This document shows, piece by piece, positions 12,166 to 25,380 of a stretch of 64,000 nt of DNA. Both the position numbers and the translations under genes were made by a program. The notes under the pieces were generated by a model. The model saw nothing but the letters and a program-made list of their open reading frames with translations, searched no databases and was not told the origin of the DNA. This DNA comes from Octopus sinensis. Lineage: Eukaryota. The stretch covers positions 1 through 64,000 of the forward strand of contig NW_021836146.1 of the NCBI RefSeq assembly GCF_006345805.1, in the 5' to 3' direction. Every line of letters begins with the position of its first letter. Position 1 is the stretch's first letter.

Positions 12166-14242
12166 AAAACATTCCAGTAATATTATATATTCACTTATAG
12201 AAAAATGGGATTTGTAGCTATTTCTGAGTCTGAATCTTAATACTTTCGAGTACTCAACAAACAAGTTATATTCAGTATTTTCTGTAAGAAGAGTATCAAA
12301 AGAATAACCCTAGATTCACAGTATCAAGTTCATGCTATGTTCTGAATTCAAATATCACCCAATAAAATTTTTTCATCATATGTTTGTCCATAATTCCTAA
12401 TACTGGTAATTTCTTTATCAACTCCAGAAAAATGAAACATAGAGTTAAACAGAGAGGGATCTGAAAACAGAATATTAAAAATATTTTGCCTCATATTCTA
12501 TAATTTCTGCCACCCGTTGCTCTCCCGGATATATTTAGTAGAAAAATAAAGAAAGCAACATAAAAGGTTGCCTTAGGAGTTATATATTATAAATTTGTTG
12601 TGTAACATTTTACATTTTAATACATGATCTTCCATCGTTCAAAAGGACTATGGAATGACAGATAAGGATACATTTTTATTACATTCTTGATTTTGAATGC
12701 TTAGCATTGAAATGAGTTAGCTGAAAATTGAAACTGGTCTGACAATTTCGATAAAAAAAAAAATGTATGACTATTCATATTACCTGGAGAAGTGTAATGG
12801 TCAAGGTTAAAATTTAGACTCCTAGCTGAAACACTGTCAGTTAAAATCTGACAGTTCTCTTCAGAATAAGCTCTTGACAAAGTGGATTATTTCAGTTGAC
12901 CTAGTTTATATAACTAAAACTCAGACATTGCAGGCACTTCACATTTGCATGGATAGTATTAAAGGAAGTATCCATAATATTTAAAATCTCTGTTATTTCA
13001 CAATGCTAAGGGAAAACATTCTAATATATGATTTTAAAATCTTTCACTGAACGCAACATATATTATTTTCTGATATAAACAGCAGAAGTCCATAATTTAA
13101 GCAGTGCAGTCCATAATTTAAGCAGTGCAGTGGCTTATATGGGAAATTTAATATAAAAAGAAGCTAGTATTAGCAAATAATATATATTAGAAATTATTCT
13201 TATGAAAGAAGTTGTAAAATATTAAAATATTTGAAAAAGTAGCATGAACACTAACTCAAGCACTTAATTTAGAAATATTTTTGTGATCTTACAAACAACT
13301 TTGATTTCATTGAATTAATTTCTTGAAAGACAATACATGGGAGTTTAAAAAAACTGTTTTTCTTTTGTTTTCGTTTTTTGTCGTTTTTTTTATATAAATC
13401 ACCCCTGGTTTAAATACCTTAAGAACAGGGGAACAATATCCTTGACATCTTACTATGACAGAGAGCAAATTTTATTCATTAATATTGGTTCTTATGAGCG
13501 TTTGTTTTTAAACAGCTTGCATTTTGAATTATGCCACTGGCTCTTACTATACAACATATTTTAGCACCTTTTAAAAATTTATTTTACAGTAATATTCTCA
13601 TTTTAATATTCTCTTCAATTTGAAATATTTCTTATTCATATGATTCTGATTATGTTTTGGCAAAATTTCTACATTAGATTAAAAAAGAAATTCTTCAAAA
13701 CAATATGTTCATTAATATTCATAAATAATTAGAAACAGGTTGTGCAGGTTTACAAACAGAGTTTGCAATAACACAGTACATTGTAATATTGTAACGTTTT
13801 ATGACTCGGAGGAAGAGTTTGAGTTTAAAAGAAATATTGATAAGTGTTTTATGAGATCATCTAATTAGTGTCAGTACTGGCAGTTATAGTGAAAATATGG
13901 ATGAAGTTCAGGGAGCTAATATCTCTTCAAGCAATATAGTTTCTCTCTGTATGTAAAAGCAGACTGTTTGAAACATAAAAAGTGTGAGGCAGCACAGCAT
14001 TGAGAAATGATAATTGAATGTATACATGTCTGTGGGGGTTTAAGAGAAATGAATCAAATAGGATTCATTAGATATCTAACATTACATTGCAAAGAAAGCA
14101 AAGGATCATGACATTAAAGATATAAGTTCAGATACACAGCTGATGCCTTAATGCCATGAACCAACCATTCTGGTATAGACATGTGATTAAAATTGGAATA
14201 TGTGTACTGTGTACTAATAATGAAAGAGAAATATATGGGAGA

Positions 14243-14277
<35 letters not shown>

Positions 14278-14283
<6 letters not shown>

Positions 14284-15005
14284 GATCCCATAAATAATGC
14301 AGATTTTTTCAATTGCATGAGCTAAAAGTTGGAGAGAGACGGGATAAACTACCTGTATCAACTTGCTATAAAAGTAGGTAGTAATTTCACCTTTTTACTT
14401 ATTCTTGGTGTGAGTTTTGAAGAGTGCAGTTCGATTTTAAGTTATTTTTTTCAAAGCTATAATTGAAGACACAAAGGAGCATATTCAGCATATATTGCCT
14501 TATGAGTTCAATAAAAGCAATGAATGGTAAGTGCAAGGAATATTAATGCAGTACATGGAGATCAGACAGTAAGCGTAAGCTAGTGTCAATGGTGGTTCCA
14601 GAAATTTTAAGCCAGAAACTTTTAAGCCTAGAAAAATTTATCTAGCCTAGAAAGTGAGCCTTGTCCTGGAAGATCTGTAGAGATCGATGAGGATATCCTG
14701 CAAACCCTGGTGGAACAAAATCCCATTGTAACTGTTGAGGAACTAGCAGAGAAGCTTGGATTTGGTCATTCAATCATCCATCAACACTTGCGTGCCATTG
14801 GAAAAGTCATCAAATTGGGTCAATGGGTTCATCACAAACTTTCCGAGTCTAATCACATGCAGAGAGTGAATGTGTGCTCTTCTTTACTGTCATATCTCAT
14901 AAATGAACCTCTTTTGGACCAAATAGTAACTGGTGACGAGAAATGGGTTCACTCTAAAAATGTCAAGCACCGAAGACATTGGGTAAGGAAAGGAGAAACA
15001 CTGGC
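14278..15005 (+). mobile_element. Mariner (Tc1/mariner) element, 5' TIR and N-terminal transposase remnant, 3'-truncated
   Basis: Begins ta-aggtgatcccataaataatgc after (TA)n. ORF 14710-15054 gives VTVEELAEKLGFGHSIIHQHLRAIGKV.KLGQWVHHKL (HTH and WVPHEL-like motif) and IVTGDEKWV (first catalytic Asp). Confidence 0.9.
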
Positions 15006-15150
15006 ACACCAGATTGAAGAGAAACCAGGTTCAAAATTTCCCCAAGACACCTGATGAAGGCTGGTGGGTATATCAGCCGAAACGTTGTGTTAACAACAAA
15101 CAAGATGAGGACAAATATCAATCAATAGTAAATAATGTAAATAATGTAGA
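15005..15150 (+). mobile_element. Penelope-like element terminus (pLTR fragment)
   Basis: Homologous to 21550-21660 (ggttcaaaatt..gacacctgatgaaggctgg..aacaacaaacaagatgaggac..aatgtaaataatgt); carries a hammerhead core. Confidence 0.65.
15046..15091 (+). ncRNA. Minimal type I hammerhead ribozyme motif
   Basis: gacac-CTGATGA-a-GGCTG-gtgggtatat-CAGCC-GAAA-C-GT-T-gtgtt: stem I gacac/gtgtt, 5-bp stem II, palindromic ACGT stem III, predicted cleavage after GUU (15086). Confidence 0.7.
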
Positions 15151-16649
15151 TAAGGTTTTATTCTTTCTCTTCTTTTCAACCAGGGAATATTAAATTTGTC
15201 TTTGACAGAAATGTGTTAATTTTGCAGCATGGTTTCATAGTTTACTTCATGTCACTGTTATTCTTGTTCTGTTTTTTACTTCTTATTTTTACACGTTCAA
15301 ATAAAAATACAAATTTCCAAAAGCCCCAAGCATTAAAAATGATAATTCCAAAAGATAGGGAGAAGGATACCTCCTCGCACATTAGCCTATTCAGTTACTG
15401 AAGTGCATGCCAGTCTTATTTGAAGTCCTCATCACCATGGAAGCAAATCATTCACTGTCATCAGAAATACACAGACACTTGTGGAAATGTATGTTCAAGT
15501 GCATACACATGTGAATGTGTAAAACATATTATAATGGTTGAAATGGAAGAGCTATTGGAGATGTATTCTGTCTTGCAGACAGAGTCTTGAAATACCAAAT
15601 TAATAACAACGAAGGAACGCAGATTTTTGTGTCAAGTATTGGAAATTGTTTGTAAAACTATTAGTCTACTGGTGGTTATTGAATCTGTGGACAAATTAAG
15701 AATGCATTCCAAGTGTCTAAAATTTTCAAACAGTAGACAAGCAATTTAAATGTCATTCAGTGTAACTCATTTAGAATGCATGAAATGGTATAAAGAAAGT
15801 GAAAATTTTTTTTATTCTTTTTTGATTAATAGCAGATAAAAATAGAAAGAAGAAAATTAATGATTGAAAAAAGAGAACACATATCTAATGAAAAAAATTA
15901 AAATGAAATGTATCTAATATATATAATTCCAGACATTTAGATTTACTTCTTTTGTGTAGTGTCTACTGGGTAAATGGTGACAATAGAGAAAGTTTAATTG
16001 AATTAAGTAAGATAAATGAATATTGAGCAATTCATTATGATTGCTTAAAACTACTAGCACATAAACATTGATGAATGAAAGTTAACATCTTCAGTCAGTG
16101 GTCTACATTAGTAGTCATGGTACACAATACAAGTTAATAATAAATTTAAAAAGAAATATACTGTTCAAATTCCACAGGAGTCATTTTCCTCTAACAACTA
16201 AATATAAATTCAAAATTATTCCCCACAAACCCTCCTATCTAGTTTGATTTTTTTTTCCATTTGCTGCAACTCCTATACCCTTACAAAAACAGTAACTGAA
16301 ATTACTTCAAACAAAATAAAAATTAATTTCAGTGTACTTCTTATTGCACAGTTTAGACTAGAATCATTTTTCATAAAATGAAGTTATTAATCTAAAGATC
16401 AATAAAGTTAGTCCAATTAAGACTGTATTGAGCAAATTTGGTTAGGAAAATTCCTTTTAAGCTACACAAAGCAGTTTATGAACTATACTGATTACTTTTG
16501 ATAATATATCATCTGAAACACAGGTGGAGAATGGGTAGGTTATATGAATCAAAGTTGATGAGATATTGATAAATAAAATATGAAATGAGGGTCATTACTA
16601 TGCTACTACAATAGTTAGATGTTGATGTTAAATTATCTAAGTAGATAAA

Positions 16650-17720
16650 TGATATTAATATGACATGCAAATCAGAAAGAAAAAAATGGAAATAAAAGAC
16701 AAATAAGATAGAAATTTGTAAATGTAAAAGAAATCAGAAATGAACCACAAGACATGAAAGAGACAAGGAAGAGAAACTGGGTAAGAATGGGGAGAAAATA
16801 GTAGGAAATGGAAGCTAAAATACAGATAGTAAAAAGAGGAAGAAAAGGAATCCATGTGAAAGAGATAAGCAGACAAGATACATTGATAAAGTATGAAAGA
16901 CATGATAGAAACAGGAAGAGTTTGATAAAGTAAAGGAAAATAACAGTTATCATTCTAGATTGAAAGGAAGGAAAAAAACTATTTTATACATACATACATA
17001 CATACATACATACATACATACATACATACATACATAGGATGTTAAATGAAAATACACACACACACAACTGTAGATAGATATAGATATATAGATATTATAC
17101 AACTAAAAGAGAGAACAAGGAACCAACACTAAGGGAGTTAAAGAAGAAATGTGTGTGTGTGTGTGAAGGTGAGGATAGTAAGAAGGGAGAGATGATTATG
17201 AAGTAATATACAGAAGAGCAATTGCATGAGTGGAAAGAGTGACAAAGAAAGATAGATGCAGAAAAAAATAAGTACAAAAAATGTGAAAATAGAAAACAGA
17301 AAGGAAAAAATAAGGAAACAAAAGAAGGAATTGGAAAGAAAAATAATAAGAGAGTTTAAGGAAAGCAAGATAAATGCAAAGAAAGAAAATGAAAATAAGA
17401 GGGGATAAGAGAGAGGAAAAGAGAAAAACAAATAGTGGACAAAGTGAGGAACAAAGAGAACAAGTAGAGAAAAAGAATGAAGTGAAAGAAAGAAAGAAAG
17501 AGAAAGACAAAACGAGAGCAAAAGAGAAAGGGGAGAGAAAAGAGAGAAAAGTTTGAATAAAGAATGAGTGAAAGAAAGAAAATGATAATTGACAGAGAAA
17601 GAGAAAGAAAGGAAAGAGATAGATGAGTAAAGGAAAATATTTTTAAAATGGAAATGACTAAAACAATCACATCAAAAAAGACTGGAAATAAAATAAATAA
17701 ATAAATAAATAAATAAAATA
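16650..17720. repeat. Purine-rich (GA/A) low-complexity tract with embedded (TACA)n and (TG)n
   Basis: Plus strand strongly enriched in A/G over about 1.07 kb; the ORFs called here are compositional artefacts. Confidence 0.85.
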
Positions 17721-20249
17721 AACAGCAGATATTCTGGCAAAATGTGGTTTTAATCAACAATTTGACTGAGTCTGTTCAGTTATCAGTGAGAACAATCTAA
17801 ATGGATGTTTTTTTTGCAGTGGAAATTATTGATTACTTCATGCTCAATGAACCAAAAGAAAGCAAAACTGAATTTCTGTTTCACAAGGAAAGATATAGGC
17901 AAAAGGATAGAAACTAACCCAGATTCCATTTCATTATTTTGTTTCTTTGTCTATTAATTGTTTTCTTATCTTTTTACATTTTAATGACTTACTGTCACTT
18001 AGAAAAATTGGAGCAATGTATTTTAAATGTAATTATTCTAAGATATTTTACATTAAGTGGTTGATGCATCATTATACACACACACACACACACAAAGATA
18101 CATATGCATTTACAAATGTAAATGTACTACATGTACATGTGTATGGTATGTAAGATGAGAGAGAGAGAGAGAATGTGTATTATATGTACATAGTTTAATT
18201 AATTGGTCAACAATGGACTTGGTAACTTATAAGTTAATTTAATATAATTTTTTTTGTTGTATCTCTGCTTCAGCCAACTATTTTACTACTACTATTTTAC
18301 AAAATTAAGATCATAAAATAGAAATCCTCTTGGCACACCTACTCCAATTTTATACAATAAGATTATTTTCATGAGAAGCTTTGTAAATTAGATATGCTAT
18401 TACACTTAAAAGCATTGTGAATACTGTTCACTCCCAATACATTTGATTTGAGTGTGTTGAATTTTGAACTACATGGATCTACAGGAATTTGTTAGTCAAA
18501 TGCATGGGGTTGACAGGTATGCTCAACTGACTGTTCACATTTCTTGCTATTTCTTCAACTTGTTATATTCTAAAATCAGTTTTAAATTCAACAACTTGCT
18601 TTATAAAAGTTACAACTCAAGTTACTGATTACAAGTGGTTGTAGCTAAAAAGGCATAGAGTAGCATAAGTCTTAGAGATTTTCATTGATACACATTATAG
18701 AAAGATATTTTAAGTAAAATTCTTGAAACAATATGTAAAATATATTTTAGATATATTTTGGTTTATAAATATTTTTTTGCCGTGAAACAGAATGAACAAA
18801 AAGGAAAAACATATTCGAAATTTCAGAGCCACATATAAAGAAATGCAATCAAAACTTACAAGTTGCTTTTTGCGACAACTAATTACTGAACGAATACAGA
18901 AATTAAAATTAACAAGCCCATATGTACTGAGACTTTCAGATCCTATTAAATGCTTGATTAGAGAAAGTGATGAAACATAGCTTAAGAGTGGAGGAGTAAA
19001 TTTCCTTTATAAAGGATTGAAAATATAGAAGATAAATACCAAGGTTCAAATAGATTATTCAACAAAATAGATTATTCAACTAAGGAGTAATTCATAAGAA
19101 TGAAACAGCTACAAATTATACTATATGTGTTGTGTGTTTCCATTACTTCTGGATACTTAGTCTAATAAGAACAACAATTATACTTACATGTAAAGATCAA
19201 AAGTACTAACATGAAAATTGGTACCACAAATGGTTAAGCTTCCAAAATGCTAAAACAATTTGAAAGTTAGTAGGTGCAGTTTCAGACTACTAGAATACAT
19301 TGTTTATTGCACTCATTTTATTTCACATAGTTTTCAGATCAAGTTCAGCTACTGAACTCTAAGACAGGAAATTTTTAACCTCCTCTTTATAATTTCAAAT
19401 GAATGCCAAAGAAAAAAAAAATGCACCTATCTACTCTTTTTGTAAATAAGAAATTAAAAATAACAAATGTCAAGAAGTAAAAATTAAGAAATATAGCATA
19501 TCTTGTAATCTGTAGCCTATGCAAGAGAAATATTAGAAAATGAGAAAGAAAATCAAAATAACACCCACATATATCTTTCCAACACTAAATACAATAGCAA
19601 GAACAGAAACATATTCACTTTGTGCATCTGAATAACTCAATGACAAAAGTCAATAAGTCCATATTGAGAATAACAAAACACATTTTATATAGATATCAAT
19701 TTAGTACAAATTGTTTTGGAATTGATACTTGCTGATAGAAAGTATGGACACAACATGTTTGTGATTCTGAATTATTTCTTACATATGTAGTCTGAAATTT
19801 ATGAAGACAATGAAGGTAAACATATTACTATCCCAACGATACTAAAACATATAAAGGAAGCAATTTTCACAAAGAATCTAACCTACATTATTTTTGAAGA
19901 GATCATCATTTGCTCAATACTAGTTGTAAATTTAAAGTTTTGTACAATAGAATTTTTTCTTGTTTTGTATTTTCCAAATTGTAAAGAATATCTTTTCCTA
20001 TATGCAAGTCACAAAAAAATTTTTTATCTACATTTAGTAACAACAAAAGAAAATTCTCAACTTTTATAACATTTTTGTCATTGCACTACAGCTGCTTTCT
20101 GCTTTTTTTTTAATGAAAACAAAACTGAGTTCATTCAGTTGAATTATTAGTATCATGAAATATTGATGTCATTTATACTCACAAAGTATTTGGAATTTTG
20201 AAAATGTTTGAATCTACACATTTCTTTAGCAATATAATTTTAAATACAA

Positions 20250-21045
20250 CTAGCAGCATAGCCCGGCGTTGCCCGGGTATGTAAGAGCCCCTAGTAGGCA
20301 ACGACTAATCCCAATCTAGTCCTTTCCCTCTAGGGAACGAAGGCGCATGTGTAGGTTGCAATGTCTTCTCTTCACTCGAATACTTCTGTGTATACGAATG
20401 TTCCTAGCTGTCCCTTTGGGCGATAAAAAGGTCGAGTTGTGTCCCCTAGACAGTTTGTGTTTAATACACAAATCAGTTTGCTATGTGTGCCACATATGAT
20501 TAATTAACCAATTTTTCCAGTAATGAAGTATCCTATTGGAATAAAAAGGGCCATATAGCTCCTTGGAGCAGACATGATGCTCGCTGTGAATTAAAAAAAA
20601 AATTCCTGCCAATTTGTGAAAGATATTGTCGAAAAGATGTCATCTTGAATTTGAACGCAATTTCCCAAAATGGCATGATTTTATCGACTTTTTCTGATGG
20701 TAAGGTATTGCATGGAAAACTAACATCAGAATTAAGTTTCTTAGGGTAACATTAAGCTTCACCATGAGGTTGGTGAAAATCGATTGCAAGTTGCGAAAAC
20801 TACAACAGAAAATGCGTTGCATATAAAAAGCTTAGATTCTTGACCCCATGTCGAATTTATCGATTTTTTTCAGAACTGGGGGAACTTTTCAAAATTTTCG
20901 CTGCGTTAGTTTTGAATTATGACATTGGGCTATGTGTGTGTCAAGTTTCATCAGAATCGGTTGAAAGCCGTGGTCAGGGTGAGGGTACAACCTGACAGAC
21001 ACACAGACACACAGGCAGACAAACTACCGTTTATATATAGATAGA
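20250..21045 (-). mobile_element. Intact-looking non-autonomous Helitron (796 bp)
   Basis: Minus strand starts TC(tatctatatataaacgg), ends CTAG, and sits between host A and T. Subterminal hairpin CCCGG-6nt-CCGGG (20262-20277) near the 3' end; CpG retained. Confidence 0.9.
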
Positions 21046-21419
21046 TTTGTACTTGCTTAACCTTTGTAATGGTTAGAGCCAACAGCTTTTGTCCATTCTG
21101 GGAAATAATCTTCAAGGGTAGAATCATTTATATTGATCCCATTTCATCACCAGTACTTATTGTTATTGACTTTAGAATAAAACTCAGCAAGATTTGAGCA
21201 CAATGTAACGAGACCTCATCAAAAAAGATATGATATTTTGTCTAACACCCAGTTAATGTGATTTGGTAATTTAGTTTTAAAATTAATGCTTGCATTAATA
21301 TGAATCAGATTTATATAATTATATTATAATGAAAATGACACCAGAGTTAATGATGATGGTGTTGGTAATGGTATTGGCGGCAGTAACAACAATAAAGTTA
21401 ACTAATAAATAACACTCAA

Positions 21420-21660
21420 ATTATTTCCCTCATTTGTTCTTGAACTTTAAGTTTGATATTCGACATTCATGGTTGACATATTGTTGTTATAGTTTCTTGA
21501 TACCGTTCTATATTTTAGAGATGAGAAATTTCATACATTATTTATATTGGGTTGGGTTCAAAATTCTACTAGGACACCTGATGAAGGCTGGAGAATAAAT
21601 CAACCGAAATGTGGTAACAACAAACAAGATGAGGACACTATCCGTCTAATGTAAATAATG
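21420..21660 (+). mobile_element. Penelope-like terminus, second copy, with decayed hammerhead
   Basis: CTGATGA at 21578, stem II ggctg/caacc (one mismatch), GAAA at 21606; stem III and cleavage site are mutated. Confidence 0.6.
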
Positions 21661-22799
21661 TGCAGTTTCTTACTGTTAGCATAAAAATCCTATTTTATTG
21701 ATTCACAGCTGATGGAAAATTCTTCTTGGAACAACAACAAAGTTAAAAGAATCACTACTCCAAGCTTAAACTATTGTGAGATAGTACTGAAGAGTGTTTA
21801 AGAGTTCATTACATCTCTCTGCCATCATCAGTATCAATACATACAAACTTTAAATTAACTATTTTCTTGGAATGTTCTTCCTAACAGACTTTTCAATGTC
21901 TTTAGGTAGTTGCTTTCTTTTCAAATTCTGTTACTTTTATGGTAAATTAGCTATGATTAAATTCCAAATTTAGTGGTCATCTGTCTCAAAGATTCTTTTT
22001 TCACTTATAGCATTTAATGGCAAGGACCTGATACATTTTGACTTCCAAATAATGGTGTTCAGCTTGATGCATGATATCTAAAAGTGATGAGAAACTGTTC
22101 ATAACATCGTTATACCACTTTTTGTAGAACATAATTCTTCAAAGCTATTCTAATATTATTATGAAGAATCATAAAATCTTTAAATCACTTTGGTTACCAA
22201 TCAAAGTACACCACATAATTGTTATATGTTTTAGAGTCAAAGATGGCTGCACACTGGCAAAATCAAATGTCTTTCCATAACAAACCATCAACACAAAGAA
22301 ATAGTAGTATTTGTCTGAAGACATGTTTCTAGGTGGTTGATGAAGAGTTGTTATACAGACATGCAAGGAAATTGCTATGTCCTCTATGCTGCAGGCAGTT
22401 CATATGCTTTAAGGGGTACTGGAAGGTCATATATGTACGTGTTATAAAAAGTTAATGCAGAAGAGGTTCTGGGGATATTCCATTTGATTATAGATGCTAA
22501 ATATGTTAAACACAATGTTCTATGCAGAGAGATAGTTCACCAGGAATCATTAAGAATCAGCACAATCATTGTGTTTATTCTTAAGGAGGTATCGAGTATC
22601 TTTTATATGTAGATATAGAAGAATGTAGTAATTGAAAGTTTTCGTATTGCTATAAGTGGAAGCAGTGGTGTCTGTTATTTTCAGTGAATGCTTTGTTAGC
22701 AGTAAACCTGTAAAGCATTAAACATAATAATGCTTAACAAAACCTTTGAAGGAGTTTCTGGACCATGCACAAAAATATTTTAAATTATATCTCTCTCTC

Positions 22800-23016
22800 T
22801 CTTTTACTTGTTTCAGTCATTTGACTGCGGCCATGCTGGAGCACCGCCTTTTAGTTGAGCAAATCGACCCCGGGACTTATTCTTTGTAAGCCCAGTACTT
22901 ATTCTATCGGTCTCTTTTGCCGAACTGCTAAGTGACGGGGACGTAAACACACCAGCATCAGTTGTCAAGCGATGCTAGGGGGACAAACACAGACACACAA
23001 ACATATACACACACAC

Positions 23017-23056
<40 letters not shown>

Positions 23057-23213
23057 TACGACAGGCTTCTTTCAGTTTCCGTCTACCAAATCCACTCACA
23101 AGGCATTGGTCGGCCCGAGGCTATAGCAGAAGACACTTGCCCAAGATGCCACACAGTAGGACTGAACCCTGAACCATGTGGTTGGTTAGCAAGCTACTTA
23201 CCACACAGCCACT
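22800..23213 (-). mobile_element. tRNA-derived SINE (family B), well conserved
   Basis: Minus strand A-box-like tggctgtgtgg and B-box-like ggttcagtcc, then body, microsatellite spacer and 3' part. Probably one of the known octopod SINEs (OK/OR1/OR2); which one is not determined. Confidence 0.9.
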
Positions 23214-23612
23214 TTTTAAAAAAATCTTCCTGTTTAATACTGTCTTGTGTGTATGGTGTAGAATTCTAATACTTAGTCGCTAGTTATTCTGTCTAATACT
23301 ATCTAAGTGCAACATATTTATATTGTTGAGTGACAGCTGCTTGTGCTTTATATTCTTTTGCTTTTCATCAGAGCCAAGTTTTCAGGTGGTTGATATCACT
23401 ACAGAATTATTTTGCAATTATGTCTAGGGAATGGCTGAATGTTTTCTGCATATGGTGTTGTGTGTATATTATGTTATTGCTTTTTGGTATTGATGGTAGC
23501 TGTATTTTGGTTGTAGATAGGTGTTCTCTAACAATTAACTTTAAAAGCTAGCTGGCAATCTATGTATGTGTGTGCATATATGTATGTGTGTACATATGTG
23601 TGTGTGTGTGTG

Positions 23613-23661
<49 letters not shown>

Positions 23662-25380
23662 ATGTATGTATGTATGTATGTATGTATGTATGTATATGTA
23701 TATGTATGTACACATACATACAGATTTGTGTTAATTAATTAAAGTAGGTTTCTGGGTAAAAGACAATTAATTCTGATATATCCTTTGAAATAGTCTTCTT
23801 ATGTACCAGAAATGCTCATTACAAATTGTTCAGTATTTAGAGGTTTTTAGTTTCAGTCATAAAAAAAATCCCCCCCAAAACTTAAAACAAGATGATTTAT
23901 ATCAAAGTTTTACAAAAATAAAATAAAGTTTTTCATGTCTTCTCCACAAACTGGTTCAAAGATTTAGTAGTAAATAATCATTAGTATGTCTAAAATAAAT
24001 TGGTAAACAGACAAACTTTGTTTAAATGATTAACACATTTTGTAGACAATAGAATTACTTGGAAGAATAAATGGAGAAACTACTTCAAATGATAGCCTAT
24101 AAAGTATAGAAGGTCAATAAAAAGGATATAAATTACTCCTAATTTGAAATACAGATTATCTATATGGTTAAAAATAAAAGTTCTCATTATTTTTTCGTTT
24201 TTCTTTTTATCCAATGTGAAATAGACACTGACTCCTATTTCTCATTGCTCTAAGGAAAATGTTATTTGTACTCAATCTACAGTAAATTTCTCCAGCAATT
24301 TTAGCTTAACAGAAGCTTTCCCACTGGTCTTCATCAAACATTCATCTATCATGCTAGCATGGGCGAGACAATTTAATAGGATCTGGGGGGAACAGAGGAG
24401 AATGCAGAATACAGACTGAATAAAGGTGAATGCATGGTCAGTGATGAATATCAGTTCAGGAGTGAAGGTGAAAAAATAGGAATGGATCAAGGAGGAGGAG
24501 ATAAGAGACAGTAAAACAATTGGTACAACACAACCATGTAATAATAAATAGATGAGAAATAGGGAGATTATGTGAAGTGAGGGAGGTGAGAGAGGGATGC
24601 GCAGTGACAGAGATTGAGGTCAAAGTTACATAAGAGTGAATGAGTGAATGTAGTTAGTGAGGAACAAAATAAGATGGGGTATTGGTGGCAGATATGAGAG
24701 GATGTTGAGAAGGTTATCAGATATGAGAGAGAGTTAAAGATTAGGAATGGAAGTTTTATGTAACTCAGAAGAAAGTGAGTCTCAGTGGAAAATAAAATGG
24801 GATGAGATGATATTGAGAATAATGTATGGCTGACAAAAGGAAGTGGTTCCAAGGGGAGGAGTAACTGACAACACAAAAATAAAATATATGTAATTCTGCT
24901 CTCATATATTTTACAATAGTGACATTAATAGTGATGTAGTTAGAATGGTGATAGAGGCATGGGAATTCAGAAATTGAGAAGTTAGAAAGTCATGACAGGG
25001 AAAGTTTAGGTATGGGCACAGATATAAGCAATATACTTTTTGGACCCAAGTTTTGGTGGGTTGCCTTGATAAAAACATTTCCCTTATTATATATATAAAC
25101 TTATGTGCATGTGTAAGCATGTGCATGCTGAGTATCCTCCTCTTTTACAGGCTTGAGTAACCAGGCTGTGGTCACGTTGGATACCAACTTCAAGGGCTTC
25201 AACTAATAATATCATTCTCAAAACTTCACTTGTTATGTATTTTAACAATCATGAGAGGATGAAAGATAAATTTCATGTTGATATAAAACAATGTAACCAG
25301 AATGCAAAACAATGTAGCCAAAATACATTTTGGTTATAAATATTTCAACTGATTACACCATCCCACACACACACACACAT

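Noticed and set aside
13087-13131. 21-bp tandem duplication (similar short ones at about 19050 and 50370)
   Set aside because: Ordinary slippage duplications; two copies only and no spacers, so not CRISPR-like.
16655-17760. Many long Phe/Leu/Ser-rich minus ORFs and a Lys/Glu/Arg-rich plus ORF
   Set aside because: Translation of a purine/pyrimidine low-complexity tract.
23100-23213. tRNA-like A/B boxes in SINE heads
   Set aside because: No complete cloverleaf; they are SINE promoters, not tRNA genes.
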